Of a DNA stretch of 64,000 bases, positions 41,999 to 54,785 are shown in pieces (the stretch's first letter is position 1; every line of letters begins with the position of its first letter). Origin of the DNA: Paramecium tetraurelia (lineage: Eukaryota); the NCBI GenBank assembly GCA_000165425.1, contig CT868030.1, forward strand, positions 124,001 to 188,000, given 5' to 3'. A program made the translations under genes and the position numbers. Under the pieces are notes generated by a model, which worked only from the letters and a program-made list of their open reading frames with translations, did not search any database and had not been told where the DNA came from.

Positions 41999-42874
41999 AT
42001 GAAATTTGTCTTTATCCTAATCAGCTTGAGTATTCAAATACATGCCATAAGCCTCTAATTGAATTAGGTTGGTGGTTGCACTTGTGAAATGTCATCAGTG
42101 TAAACAGAATGCGTACCTACCACTTGTGATTGGGATGCTACAACTTCAAAATGCACTCGCAAAACTTGTGATAAATTTACAGTTGAGATGTGCGATCAAT
42201 TACCAGACTATCTAAAATGTGCTTGGAAGGATAACTCATGTTAGGCCTTTACAAAATGCTCAGATTATGCATATGCTGATGGATTCAAATGTTTCAGAGT
42301 AGGTCCTTGCTAAGCAGTCTTTAAGAAGAATACTGCTGGAGTTTATCCATGCACAGATAAAACTAATGACTCAATGCACAGTATTGACTCATGTGCTGGA
42401 ATTGATGAAGTAGGTTGTGTAGAGACAGTTTAAAATGATGGAAAAGTTTGCTATTGGAATCCAAGCTCATCAACTTGTGAAGCCTGGAGCAATAGTGCTT
42501 GTAGTAATTTTGATAATACAAGTCTATTGGCATGCCCAAAGTTTTCTTGTGATTACAATGCTACAACAGGCAAATGTACAACTAGGACTTGTGACAATAT
42601 TGTTGTTGAAGCTGCTTGCACCATGGTTTGGGATATCAAACAATAAGTAGCTACCTAATGCAAATGGGCAAACTCAAAATGCATGGAATTTGATTATGCT
42701 ACTTTGACATAGCCTACATGTTTAATGGGATCAAGTTTATCATACAAGTGGAATTCATCCACATCTAAGTGTGAAGTGTGTGTGTAACCAAAAAGTGATG
42801 ACGATACAGATGATACATCCCATTCCTATTTGGTGTAAGCTGTTGTTGCCATATTGATATTTATAATGATATGA
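41999..42874 (+). CDS. Small Cys/Trp-periodic surface antigen-like protein, probably GPI-anchored
   Basis: Signal peptide MKFVFILISLSIQIHA, repeated CxW....C units (CDWDATTSKC, CAWKDNSC, CYWNPSSSTC, CKWANSKC), hydrophobic C-terminal tail; 876 nt intronless. Confidence 0.85.
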
Positions 42875-42989
42875 AATTATTAGAATATTGAAAATTCTGT
42901 TTGTCTTAAATTTTATTTTATTTTATTTTTAATAATAAGTGTGAATTTCTATTTAAACTGTTATAAATAAGAGTAAATAAAATATTTAA

Positions 42990-45704
42990 TCATTTTTACT
43001 TTAATTTATTCAAACTTCCATTCTTCATCATATCATAAACCTAAATCTTAAATGGTTGTTAAGTTTGAACTAATTTATTATAACTTAAAATTATGCCAGT
43101 TAATAAGGTCACAGAATCTTAGAGAGCCAATACAGAGGCTTTGCATTAAAACTATCCCATCTGATACTCTGAACACTATGATAAGAATTTTTCATGTAAT
43201 GATTGATCTACATTTTAATCATCATTTTTTAAGTCATTTTCTTTTAATTTGCCAATTCTTTTACCTACTTCAATTATTTCTGAAATAATTTGGCTTTATG
43301 ATTCAAACTTGCTTTTGAATAATATACCAAATATTCTTCTCATTTCTTTTGGGTTATTTATTAAATTATATTCAAATTTAGTAGTCATCAAAGATCTTAT
43401 AATATCAAATATATTAGGTATGTTTGGAAATGCATTCTTCAATTTTTCCGAAATTATTCTAAGTGATTCTTACCTGGCTGCATCAATTGATCTATTCTCA
43501 TTAACCATTCCTTCAGAAAACATTGAAACCATTATGTAAGTAAATGTATAAGAATATTCTCTGAAATAAGCAGGACTTGAATTCAGATTCTCCAAAAGAT
43601 TCTTACAATTATCGAATTCAGAATGCTTAGCAATAACGTCTCTAAGATGTTCGATAGCCTCCTTGTCGAAATCTTGCATTTACAACACTTAAGCATATTT
43701 TAAGTGGTATTTCTCATTATTCTCATCTAAATGAATGGCCTTCTAGAAGTAAATCATTGATTGATCAAATTTCTGCTTCATGTACAACAATTATCCAAGT
43801 TCAAAAAGTAACTCAGGATCTTAGTCATTAATCTTAATTGCCTATTACAAATCTGTAATGGCTTCATCAAATTCTTAAATCAATGTTCTGATTTTAGCTA
43901 ATAATATGATGATGTATATTTACATCTTGAAATATAGTACTAGGCATTGTCACCTTGCAACGATATAGCTTGATCGTATTGTAGTTTTGCTTCCTTATAA
44001 TTTTATTATTTGCTTAAAAGTTCAGCCTTTTCTACATAATATATAGGATTGTTAGGTTTCATCTTAATCAATCGATCATACATATGTGTGGCAGGTTAAA
44101 AATTACCATTATCCCGATAGGCATTAGCAATTTTTAATATTAGATCTTCATTCTTTGGCTTTAGTTACATTGCAGAATCAAAATTTGTTTTAGCAGAAAA
44201 GAATTATTATCCAAGTAAATGACAATAACCTAATGTATTATTTTATAATAAGTACCTTTTTCAAAAAACAAATCAGATTTTTCTGATGCATCTTTCAACT
44301 ATTTCATGATCGTATCATAACACAAAACTGCTTAATCAAAATCTTTAATTTAAATTGAACAAAAGGCTATTTCTTAATATATTTTAATACCTTTATTTCT
44401 AAGAGCTATAATATTCTTATTGTCAAAACTAAGAGTTTTGTTAAAATCTTCAATTGCCTTTGAATACTACTTTTGATTCATCAAGGCCAATCCTCTATAA
44501 TAGTGAATTGATTGATCTCCCAATCCTAATTCAATTATCTTATCACAACAATCACTCAGTTAGTAATAGAGTTATAAAGTTGAGCTGATCTTAGCCATAA
44601 TCTTTAAGGTTTTAATATCCAAAGGATTTTCGTGAATAATCTAATTAAAATATGTCATAGCCTTGTGTAATTGGTTGCTATGATAAAGACACATACCAAT
44701 CCCATAAAGAGAATCAATATTTTTTGGATCATACTCCAAAACTTCTTGACAAAGTTACATTGATTTGTCAAATTGCTTCAATCCATAATAGGCTTGACCT
44801 AAATTATAACAATTGTTAATTACTTTTACAATTTAAGACTACCGACTTTATTTTTGGGATTCTTTAATCTCCAGCGTTCTCCAAAAATTCAAAAAGTTAT
44901 TCATACTTCTTTTATCGTAAATATAAATTAGTAATAGCACTAATAGCATCTGTATATTTAGGATCAGCTTTTAATGCTTCTTCATAATAGTGAAGGCCTT
45001 AGTCAAACTTTTGTTATTTTATGAGTAGATGACCTATGATTACATTAACTAGTTACCATAGTTAAGTAAAGCTACTTTATCTCTTCCTTTAATTTTTAAA
45101 GCATTTTAGAAATATGGATCCGCTATTTCAAAATTATTTAACATTAAATTGATAAAGCCCATTCCAAAATTTCCTTCAAAAGATTTCTCATTATACTCAA
45201 TCAGTTTTTGAAAAATGCTCAAAGCTTCGTCATACTTATTCTCTAAAGTATAAATGTTCCCTATTTTATTATAGAGAATAAACATACCTATCTCTGCAAG
45301 AGCATGGGTGTGTTTTGTATCTATATCGGTAGCAGCTTAGCAATAAATGAGGGCATTCTTTAAATCGTTGAGCCCAAGATACGCTAAACCTATATACTTA
45401 ATAAAAAAATATACCTTTTAAGTACTAAGCGTCTGCCAAATTAGGATGGGCTTCTATTAATTTATCCAAAGTCTCCATTGCTTCATTATATTATTGTTTC
45501 TTTAAGAGTCCAAAGGCTATTTTATAAGGGGGAATGTACCTTTGCTTAATTAGGAGTTATTTTTAAAGGTAAACAATTGTGGAGAACCTTCAGCTTTTCC
45601 AATTGCTAAGAAAATCGATATACCAAAATACAAGTTAACGATGATTAATGATGTTCTGTCTAATTTATTTCGTCTTATTTCTCTTTTGTAGCCCCACTTC
45701 CCAT
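42990..45704 (-). CDS. Multi-TPR protein with N-terminal MGSG and helical C-terminal domain
   Basis: Many TPR-consensus repeats (A...G..Y...A...P) on minus strand, numerous tiny introns; starts MGSGATKEK; ends NKLKQK*. Confidence 0.82.
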
Positions 45705-46642
45705 TATATAATTATTAATAAGTAAATAACATCATTATGAAATCAAACTTTATAGCGTTAAAATTTGGCAAAAAACGCAAAGAATAATGTAATTTATTAT
45801 GATGGTAACGAGTACTTCAAATCAAATCACACAGAAGCAATAAATGTTATTGGGACAAGTTAAACTATTTTTAATTATATCCATAATTTATAGAGTACTA
45901 ATGTCGTAATTTAATGATATCTAGCAAACTAGAAGAAGTGTTAAATTAAAATAAGTACTTTATAATATTCTCTCGTGCACAATCCATAATTTTCAAACCT
46001 AACGCCATAGAGTGATTCATTAAAGAAGGTCAACTGTATAATAATCTTTAAAAAAAAAGGTACTATTATAGGATAATCAGTTAAAAAGTTTTTTTTTAAA
46101 TATTTATTTTCAGTTATAATAACCTTGAAATATTATCGGAGGATGAATTAAAATGAAATTTTAGAGTAGCCATATGATTACTAAAAACTATTTTATAACT
46201 ATCACTCTATTTTTGGAATTTCTTTATTCTAGATTAATGTAAGAACAAATAAACTGAAATTGAATTAGAAATGTAATTAAACCCTGATTCTGATTTTCCA
46301 AAATTCCACTTATTATGCATCTTAATTATATTCTTTTATTATAAATAATTAGTTATTTATTAATTCAATGATAACTAATAATAGTGTTTACTATTTAATT
46401 GTAATTTATTCAATCAACTAATTAATATTTTTACAACATCTCTCTTAAATACATAACAAATACATTTTATTGAATATGTTCTATACATATAAATAAATTG
46501 AAAATGGAAGTTTCATTAATACAATAATTGAAAATGTAATTATGTTAACATAAATTCATAGTAAAAGGGGAGGAGCATTTAATAATGAAGAATATGAAGA
46601 ATTAGAATAATATATTAAGAATAATTACAATTTATAATTAAT

Positions 46643-47374
46643 ATGTCAAAAAATAATAAATTAATAGATGTGGCTAAATATTTAAGAAGGTTCTATTACA
46701 GAGTTCAAAATTTCGTAGAATATAGAATGTTAGTGAATTAGAAACATATCTTATTTGTTGGAGGGAATCAAAATCCTTTAACACCAATGCTATATTAGTA
46801 ATTTTATCAAAATTGGCAAATTGGACATTTGGATTTATAATCTGAATTACCCATCCAGCCTAATTTCTTGCTAAATTAGGAAGAAGGATTATAGAAATTG
46901 GTTGAAGAAGCAAAAAAACGTAGTAATCACTATGATGCAATTATAATATTGGAGGACAATAATCAAATAAAACAGGGAGATGAATTTGAGACATACAATG
47001 TGTATAAAAGCGAAGTGACGAGAGCTTTAATAGCTTCTCATTTAGCCACAAAAATACTTGCCTCAAATGGGATGCTCTGTTTTACTGTAGATTCCAAAAG
47101 TTATTTTGAATCAAAATTACCATCTCAGATGCCAACTGCCAAAGTGATGAAGGATTGCCAAATTGCACATTTATGCACTAATTTAGGAGAGCGAGATGAT
47201 TTAGAAACTGACACACTTGTAGTTGGAGCTTTGATTGATGAGGATAAACTTAATGATATTGTTAAGTACTTGAAATTGTGGGCTGATGGAATCAAGAGGC
47301 CAGCCAGTGGAACATTTGCCCATTTCAAATACAGCACACATTCTACGCCTATTGTTTATCCTGAGTTATTGTGA
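46643..47374 (+). CDS. Divergent dihydropteridine reductase (QDPR)-like SDR-fold protein
   Basis: ILFVGG, YDAII, ASHLATKILASNGMLCFT, HLCTNLG, WADGIKRPASGT match the QDPR pattern; catalytic YxxxK and Gly-rich NAD motif degenerate; intronless 732 nt. Confidence 0.72.
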
Positions 47375-47429
47375 TCATAAAAATATATATCATAAATATA
47401 TATGGTAATCGAATGGAAAGAACAGAGAT

Positions 47430-47503
47430 GCCCTTGTAGCTCAGTTGGTTAGAGCGCGAGTCTCATAATCTCGAGGTCGTGGGATCGACCCCCACCAAAG
47501 GCA
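47430..47503 (+). tRNA. tRNA-Met (CAT), elongator type
   Basis: Cloverleaf: acceptor GCCCTTG/CAAAGGC, D arm GCTC/GAGC, anticodon loop CT-CAT-AA, T arm GTGGG/CCCAC; G1:C72 and U31:U39 indicate elongator; T-run at 47508-47513 fits Pol III termination. Confidence 0.93.
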
Positions 47504-47588
47504 TATATTTTTTATTATTAAGAAACACAGATAGCAAGGTCAGAGTGCTTATTTTTTTTTTAAATTATTTATATATTAATAATAATAA

Positions 47589-48744
47589 ATGCAAAAGGTT
47601 TTAAGATTTCACTTTGGTGTCTTGTCTAGACCTAAATTGCACATTTTTGATAAGGGTGCCAAACACACTCCATCAGGAATCAGAGCAACCATACATGGAG
47701 GTACTAGTTTCTCAGGAATATACATGGGTGGCATGCTTGGTAATATTGGGTCTGAATTGATATTCCCTCATAATCATCAGTAAGAATATTCAAATGGATC
47801 AATTTAGATACAATTATGAAGATCATGTTAGAGAATTAAAAACTACATCAGGACCAGGATAAAATTGGCTTTTACATGATATGAATTATGATAACAAAGA
47901 AATGATAGAGTGGACTATGAAAAACTCAAATGTGGTTGTAAATTTGTTAGGTCCTTAGAAAACATCTGAAAAATAGAAAGGATTTCGAGTGGATTAATTA
48001 TCACAGTGCCAAAAAGAATAGCTGAAGCATGCGCTAAAAACCCCAGGAGTGATCAGATTAATTCATTTTTCTGCTTGTGGAGCAAATCCTCATGCAGAAT
48101 CCCTAGATCTCTAAACCAAGTATATTGGTGAATAAGAAGTAATAAACCTTACAATATGTAGGTCCTTAATGCCTTCCCCAACGCCACAATCTTTAGACCA
48201 AGTGTTATGGTTGGAGACAACGATGACTTTGCTTATCACTGGTAAGTGTAGAAGAGATACTTTCACAATTTTAACATTGTTCCAGACAATTGCCAAGCCA
48301 AAAGATAACCTGTACACTAATATTTTTGATAGTTAGATCTTTGTCTAAGATGTAGCCTAAGCCATGTTGAATGCTTTGAAGATGCCAGAAACAATAGGTT
48401 AGACATACGAATTGGGAGGACCTCATGTGTATACATTGTTAGAATGCTATGAGATGTTCCACAACATCGTGTAAAGACCTCCTAAATTGGCTCATATTGA
48501 TAAATAATTATTATTGAAAATAGGTATGTCAGTATATTTATTTGTAGCCTAATATATTCCCAATTGGAAGTATTTCAATATTGATTATATATTGAAACAT
48601 GGTGATGACATGATAGTGCAACAAGGATCTAAGACTATTGATGACTTGTGTGTCAGACCTTTATCACTAACTTAAGCACTTCAAAATATCTTTTGGGACA
48701 TCCAGGCTCGTTACGGAGGCTCAAGTGAATTGTATGAAAGATGA
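47589..48744 (+). CDS. NDUFA9: NADH:ubiquinone oxidoreductase 39-kDa subunit (NDUFA9), with a locally frameshifted segment
   Basis: SGIRATIHGGTSFSG, NSNVVVNLLG, LIHFSACGA, KYIGEQEVLNAFPNATIFRPSVMVG, QPIFVQDVAQA, GQTYELGGPHVY; four tiny introns. Confidence 0.9.
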
Positions 48745-48787
48745 ATTCATATCTAATAATAAGTTATCGAAAATAATCATAATAATA

Positions 48788-51292
48788 TCATTAATATTTC
48801 TCTAGTATTTTAATGAGAGTTACTTCGGTCACTGGTTTGGTGAGATAATCAACCATGCCAGCTTCTAGACATTTCTGCTTCTCTTATAAATCTGAATATC
48901 CACTGCAACCGACTATCAATTAGTTTGGGTTGATATTCAATATTTATTTTGTTGTCTGAATCCCATTCATAACTGGCATTTCTAGGTCCATAAAAATCAC
49001 TTTGTAACCCTAACAAGTCTTATTGCACTTCTTCTCCTAGATCTTTAGAAGAGAGTCCTTCCCAGATGAAACATATTCTACATCAAATTATAATATGGAT
49101 AAAGCCTACTTATTCTGCAATCCCATAAAAATTCTTCTAAAAGCATATCCATTAAAGCAATCATCATCTACAATCAAATAATGGCAACATTATGGTATTA
49201 CATCTACTGTTATTTTCTAACAATCTTAATTGAATGTTGTGGCTTCGTCTACCTCCTGATATCGAGGAGTGATCTATGGGATCTTAAAGCTTGGCACTTT
49301 TTTTTTATTTGTTGGCTCTTCCATCATTATATCAAAGTAAAAGAAAGAAAAATGATTATTTTGATCCTTGTTAGATTCTATATTCAATCCTGAACACCCA
49401 ATGTTTTGGGCTATTTAATTACTTATTACCAAACCTAATCCGACGCCTTGTTCATTGAGTTTCTTGCTCTCTTCAGAATTTACCTTCGAAAATGCTTTGA
49501 ATAACACCTTCTGTTCCTCCTCGCTGATTCCTATTCCATCATCTTTTACGCCTATCCTCAGCTTTTAGTTGGCCAGTAGATCGACAATCACTGATATTCT
49601 AGTACAAGTGAATTTAAATGCATTGCTTATGAGATTAACAATTATTTGCTTGATTCTATTTTTATCAGAGACAATGAATTTGGGAAGAGTTACTTTGTAA
49701 TCACAAAACAGCTGCAAATCCTTTATTTTAGCTTTAAGAGAAAACATCTTAATGGAGTCAGCTATCAATTTTTCCAAATTGATAGGTACCTTTTGAATTT
49801 TGAATTTTCCATTCTTTATTTGAGCCAAATCCAATAAATCATTCGATAAATTTAGCATATATTTTGAATTATCCAAAGCTGCTTGCAAATCTTCAGAGAT
49901 TTCTAAATTTTTTTATATTACCTTTTATTGTAAGGCACATTCAATCATTTAAATGATGCATCCCAAAGGCTATCTATATTCATGACTAACAAATGAAAGC
50001 ATTTTCGATTTTTAAATGTCGTATTCTTTTAAGTACCGGATCTTTTAACGATGAGTTACATCTCTACAAATTATTAAGATATTTTTGTCTGTTTTAAGAG
50101 TAAGCTTGAATTCCATCAAACGATCACTGTCTTGCCTTGAATAAGCAAGATTCTGAGACACTTTGATTGCCTTCTAATTCTCAAATAGATAGGAGTCGAT
50201 GTGTGTATTCACAGTAATCTAATCCTATTTCTTTGTTTTTATCATCCTCTCTAATAGGTCCTTCATGCTAATAGTTTATTGTCTCTCGAAGTATTAAATA
50301 TCAGCTAAAGGCTATTTTAATGAGCAGAACATCAAATCTCTTATTGGAAACAAAGATTTGCATAATTTTGAATTTGAGAGATTGCCAAGTTTTTACTGGA
50401 CGGAATCACTTCTTGAATTATTATCTTCAAAACATTCCTAGTTTTACAGGTGTAAAGAATTTAAGTTTTCTAAGATGAAGAGAATATCTGCATCTTAATC
50501 TTTTCCAAAGAGAATCCTTGTAGCATTATTCATGTATGATATTTTATATGTGTGATTTAATTCATCTAGAACATTTAACACTATTAAGCCTTCTGAAAAA
50601 TATTCCAAAGAATTATAAATTATTTCAGGATTGATATAATGTTATTAGATGTTACTAAAATCGTCATACTCTCTTTAAAAGCTATCTTTTGATTGATCCT
50701 AAGAAGGTTGATCCAAAATTGAAAGCACTCTTTTGGCAACTCCATCTAGTTTATTTACTGTTCCAGTATCGATTGGCATAGTTGTTAATTGTTACAATCT
50801 CTATCTTTTTTTCTTGCGAATGATAAGGTTATCGACGAGTGACATTAATAAACAGGTGATTAACTGAGGGGACTCAGCAGTGAAATTAGTTTAGATGTGG
50901 GTGTACACTTGCTAAAATAAACTCACAATCAAAATAGTGGCGTAGTATAGAGACTTAGGGTTAATTAAATAATATTATTATGATCCCATTTATCTCTATA
51001 ATTCCTTAGAGATGTGCTGACACCAAATTAATTGTGCGTATGATGTAACATTGAGATTTACAACATTCAAAATTATCAAGCAAATCACATCTATTTAGAT
51101 GCAAAGAATAGTTCCAATTATCTTCACCTCTAAATTTTTATATCGCAAAATAAACAGAGTTATTGATACTATGCTTGCTATTATCATGCAAAACAAATTA
51201 GTAGCTTCACTTCGAATCGAGTAAAAATAGATCGAATAACAAAAGGTTATACTATGCAATAATAACCCTCTCAAGAATTATTTGTCTTTCAT
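48788..51292 (-). CDS. Membrane-bound hybrid histidine kinase (TM region, PAS-like segment, HisKA, HATPase, receiver)
   Basis: H box SFVSHEYRQPL, N box RIKQIIVNLISNAFKFT, G1 VKDDGIGI, G2 GVGLGLVIS, receiver LIVDDD..IFMDLEMPVMNG..YLTKP. Confidence 0.93.
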
Positions 51293-51733
51293 TAATTATA
51301 TTCCTTATATAACAATTCAATAAATTATTAATATTTAAAGCCAAGCATTTTTGTAAAAATAAATTGTTTATTTTTTGAATTTTAATTATTTTCCACTACT
51401 TCCACCCCTCAGGTTTAAATTAGATATTTTTGTTCAATTATTCATAATTAATTTTGATCTAATCTACTAACTAAAGGTATAATTAAATATAAATTATAAA
51501 AATATTCAATTTCTTAGAATAATTTGAATTTGCTCTTAATTCTCTATACTCTATCACGTACTTATCATTTCTGACGTTAAATTTATGGATTAGATTCCTC
51601 TTACGATTAAATTTCTATCTGTATTTCTACAAAATATAGATTAGATATTAAAATTAATTTCCTTAAGAAAAATGATAATTATTAATTTGAAATATTGATA
51701 GTAATATATATATTCTTATTGTATTTTAAATTG

Positions 51734-53686
51734 TCAATTCCAGTTAGAGTCTGAATGCTGATTTGGAATGAAATCAAACTTTTTCTATGATCCAGATAAA
51801 AAGAAATTGGAATTCGAGTTAGTTTTGAAAAGCTACTTATATAAAAATTGATTACATCCATCTCTTTTTTGTAAATTTCATTTTACTATCTAAATTATTC
51901 AATTTAGTCATTCTACAACTCTAGAGTCTATAAATGATGATTGATTTCATTGTTTTGTGTTTTAACTAATTAATTTAATCGATCTATTTCCCCTTACAAA
52001 ACAATTATTCGATTTTCCAATCCAAGTTTAGTCTATGTCAATTAAGAACAAGCCATTTGTAATTGTTCTCTATCTTTCTTGATCATATTCAACTCCTCAC
52101 ATAATTGCTAGATTCTTTAATCTATCATTTCCTTATTCTCCATATCTTATCTGTTTCTATTCAAATTTTAAGTATCAATGTCTCGTTCACTAAATGATAT
52201 AGACTATTTGATTACAATAAAGACCTAAAGGAATTCATTTGTTATGTCAACTGAGCCATATTTTTTTTGTATTCAATTTACACTTTATTGATTTCCTCAT
52301 CCTTTACTCTTACTAAGTCATTCAATCTGTTAATTTCAGCTTGTTGTCTATATTCATTCCTTCTCAAATCATTAACACAATTCTCTAATCTATTTTATTT
52401 ATTGCGTAATTCATCCAATTCAATGAGTTAAGATGCGTATTGATGTTTGAATCTATCGGATTCCTACAATTAACTTTCAAATAATTAATTCTATTATATA
52501 ATTTGTATATCATTACTCTCTGCTTAATAATTTCCATTTGAATTTCATGATCCTTTAACTTAAGTACATTCTACTCAATTTCATTATTCCTTCTCTTTAA
52601 ATCATCTATTTCTCTTTATCTAGAGTCTAATTGTTCCTTAAGTCTCTTGATTTCACTATCTAATCCTTAGGATGAAATTTGTTGATAATTGAATTCTAAG
52701 TAATTAATTTTCTACTGAAGAGAATCATTTTCTTATTATTTGATTGCAATTAATTATTACAATCTTTCAATTTCTTTAATCTAATGAAAACTGTTCAATT
52801 CCAATTCATTGATGCGTTTAGTATGATTCATTTGATTCAGCTCTTCTTTATGATATTTTTATCTCCAAACTTCCGCTTCATTTATTGCATTGTCCAATTC
52901 CTCTTATAATTTCATAATCTAATCGTCAAATTGTTTACTTCTAATTTCAGAACTATGGAATAATAAGGATATTTAACTTTTATTTAATTTAAGAGAAATG
53001 TTAATTGTAAATTCTGTCGTATTCACTTTTTTATTGATCTATTTATTGTTGTGATTAGGTTTCAAGAATTTGATACTTCTGTTTTAATTATTCGTACTCA
53101 TTGAGTAATTGATTGTATTTTGTATCCTTGTCGTTATTATGAAATTACTATTGCTAGATCTTTTGCATCTGCTATTCATTTTACTTGAGTCTAAGTATCA
53201 ACTCCTAAATGATATCGATGAATAAATGATAATTACATTTTTCTCCAACTCCGCCTATTATGATTGATTAAAATAATAATCGCATTATTCTTTAAGCAGT
53301 CTGAGGTTTGGATCATTGGTTGATTTGAGTCTTTCAATTTCTTGCTGCTGCTGTCTGATTTTTTCATTAAGCTGTTAAAATTTATCATTTTTTTGATCCT
53401 ACTCAATTTTCTATCTACAAATAAAGGATTCCTATTCCAATTATCTAATCTTCCTTTGTAACTCCTGATCATATTGCAATTATTGAGGTGGTTGGAATGT
53501 TGGTACCGAAGTGTAATGATTAAGAGGCACTTCAACTACTTCATAGATTTTTGGTTTGAGGACTGTTTTCATCCCGGGAGGAGGTTAAAGATTTCCCATG
53601 ACTTGAAACTTTGACACTGGAGATACTGACTTATTTGGAGGAGCTTGTATGACCTAATGTCTCATTGGACTTGTATTATTATACAT
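51734..53686 (-). CDS. Coiled-coil protein with Pro/Val-rich N-terminus (possibly cytoskeletal)
   Basis: MYNNTSPMRHQVIQAPP...IYEVVEVP then long E/Q/L heptads; tiny introns restore frame; ends DSNWN*. Confidence 0.72.
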
Positions 53687-53693
53687 TATTTTA

Positions 53694-54750
53694 ATGTTAA
53701 TATTATTTTATGTGTGCATTTCTCTATCTATAGGAGGATCTACACTAATGTTAACTCATCTATTCTTTTTTGATAACCTTAAAGTATTTGCTTAAAGGAT
53801 CGTTGCATGTCTGTCAATATCGGATTTGTTTTATGCTCTCGGATTGCTTTTGTATGTGGAGCCAACATTTGATGGTTATGATATCGCCAGGTTAATTTAA
53901 TCATATTATATATAGATGCACAATACAGGGAACTGTGACCCAATTTGCAAGGATTTGTGCCTTCCTTTGGAGTACATCAATCTCATATTTTCTATATGTG
54001 TCGATTACGAGTGGGCAAAAGAAGTTGATTTATTTTGAAAGATATTAAAAATTCATTTTAGCCATAGGTAACTCTTATACTTTACTTTAACTAGGTTTTG
54101 CCATCCCCTTATTCATGGCAACAATTCCTTTGTTTTTTCATTCTTATGCACCTACTCCTGCTAAAGTTCCTGCTATTTGTTCTATTACTTCAAATGACGA
54201 AAATCAATCAATTGAAAAGAATAGGAGTTTAAGTTTATATCTTAATCTTACATTGTTCTATTTACCACTGCTTTGCTCTGTAATAATATCTGTGTACTTC
54301 ATATTGAGATCGTACTTTAAGATAAAAAGAATAAAAAGTCAATACGAATTATTAAATAAACAAATAAATATACAATTGATGTTTGCACGTAATTTAATAC
54401 TCTACCCGTCGGTTATATTTATTTGCTGGCTGCCATCTCAAATAATATTTCTGATATTTGTATTCAACAATAGTTGGATAGAGTAAATACAACAGGATTA
54501 TTTTATTTATCAAACTGGACCCTATCAATATATTAGAATTGTTTAATATGGTGCTAGTTTCTTGCAAGGATTATTTAACAGTCTTGTGTACTGGTTCAAT
54601 AGTTATTAGATGAGAAAGAGATTGAACAAGTTGGAAAGAGCTGACTTAGATTTTCAAAAGACTAAAACCTTTTTCTCAAACAACAATGAATTAAATGAAA
54701 ACAGAAGTAGCTAATTAACTAATAGTTTCGAAAATCTTTAAGAAATTTGA
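53694..54750 (+). CDS. cAMP-receptor-like 7TM (GPCR-like) protein
   Basis: ISLSIGGS, RIVACLSISDL, CTIQG..QF...AFLWSTSIS, LILYPSVIFICWLPS, LQGLFNSLVYW; two tiny introns. Confidence 0.85.
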
Positions 54751-54785
54751 TAATTTTTAATTTTTATTTATATTTATCATACTCC

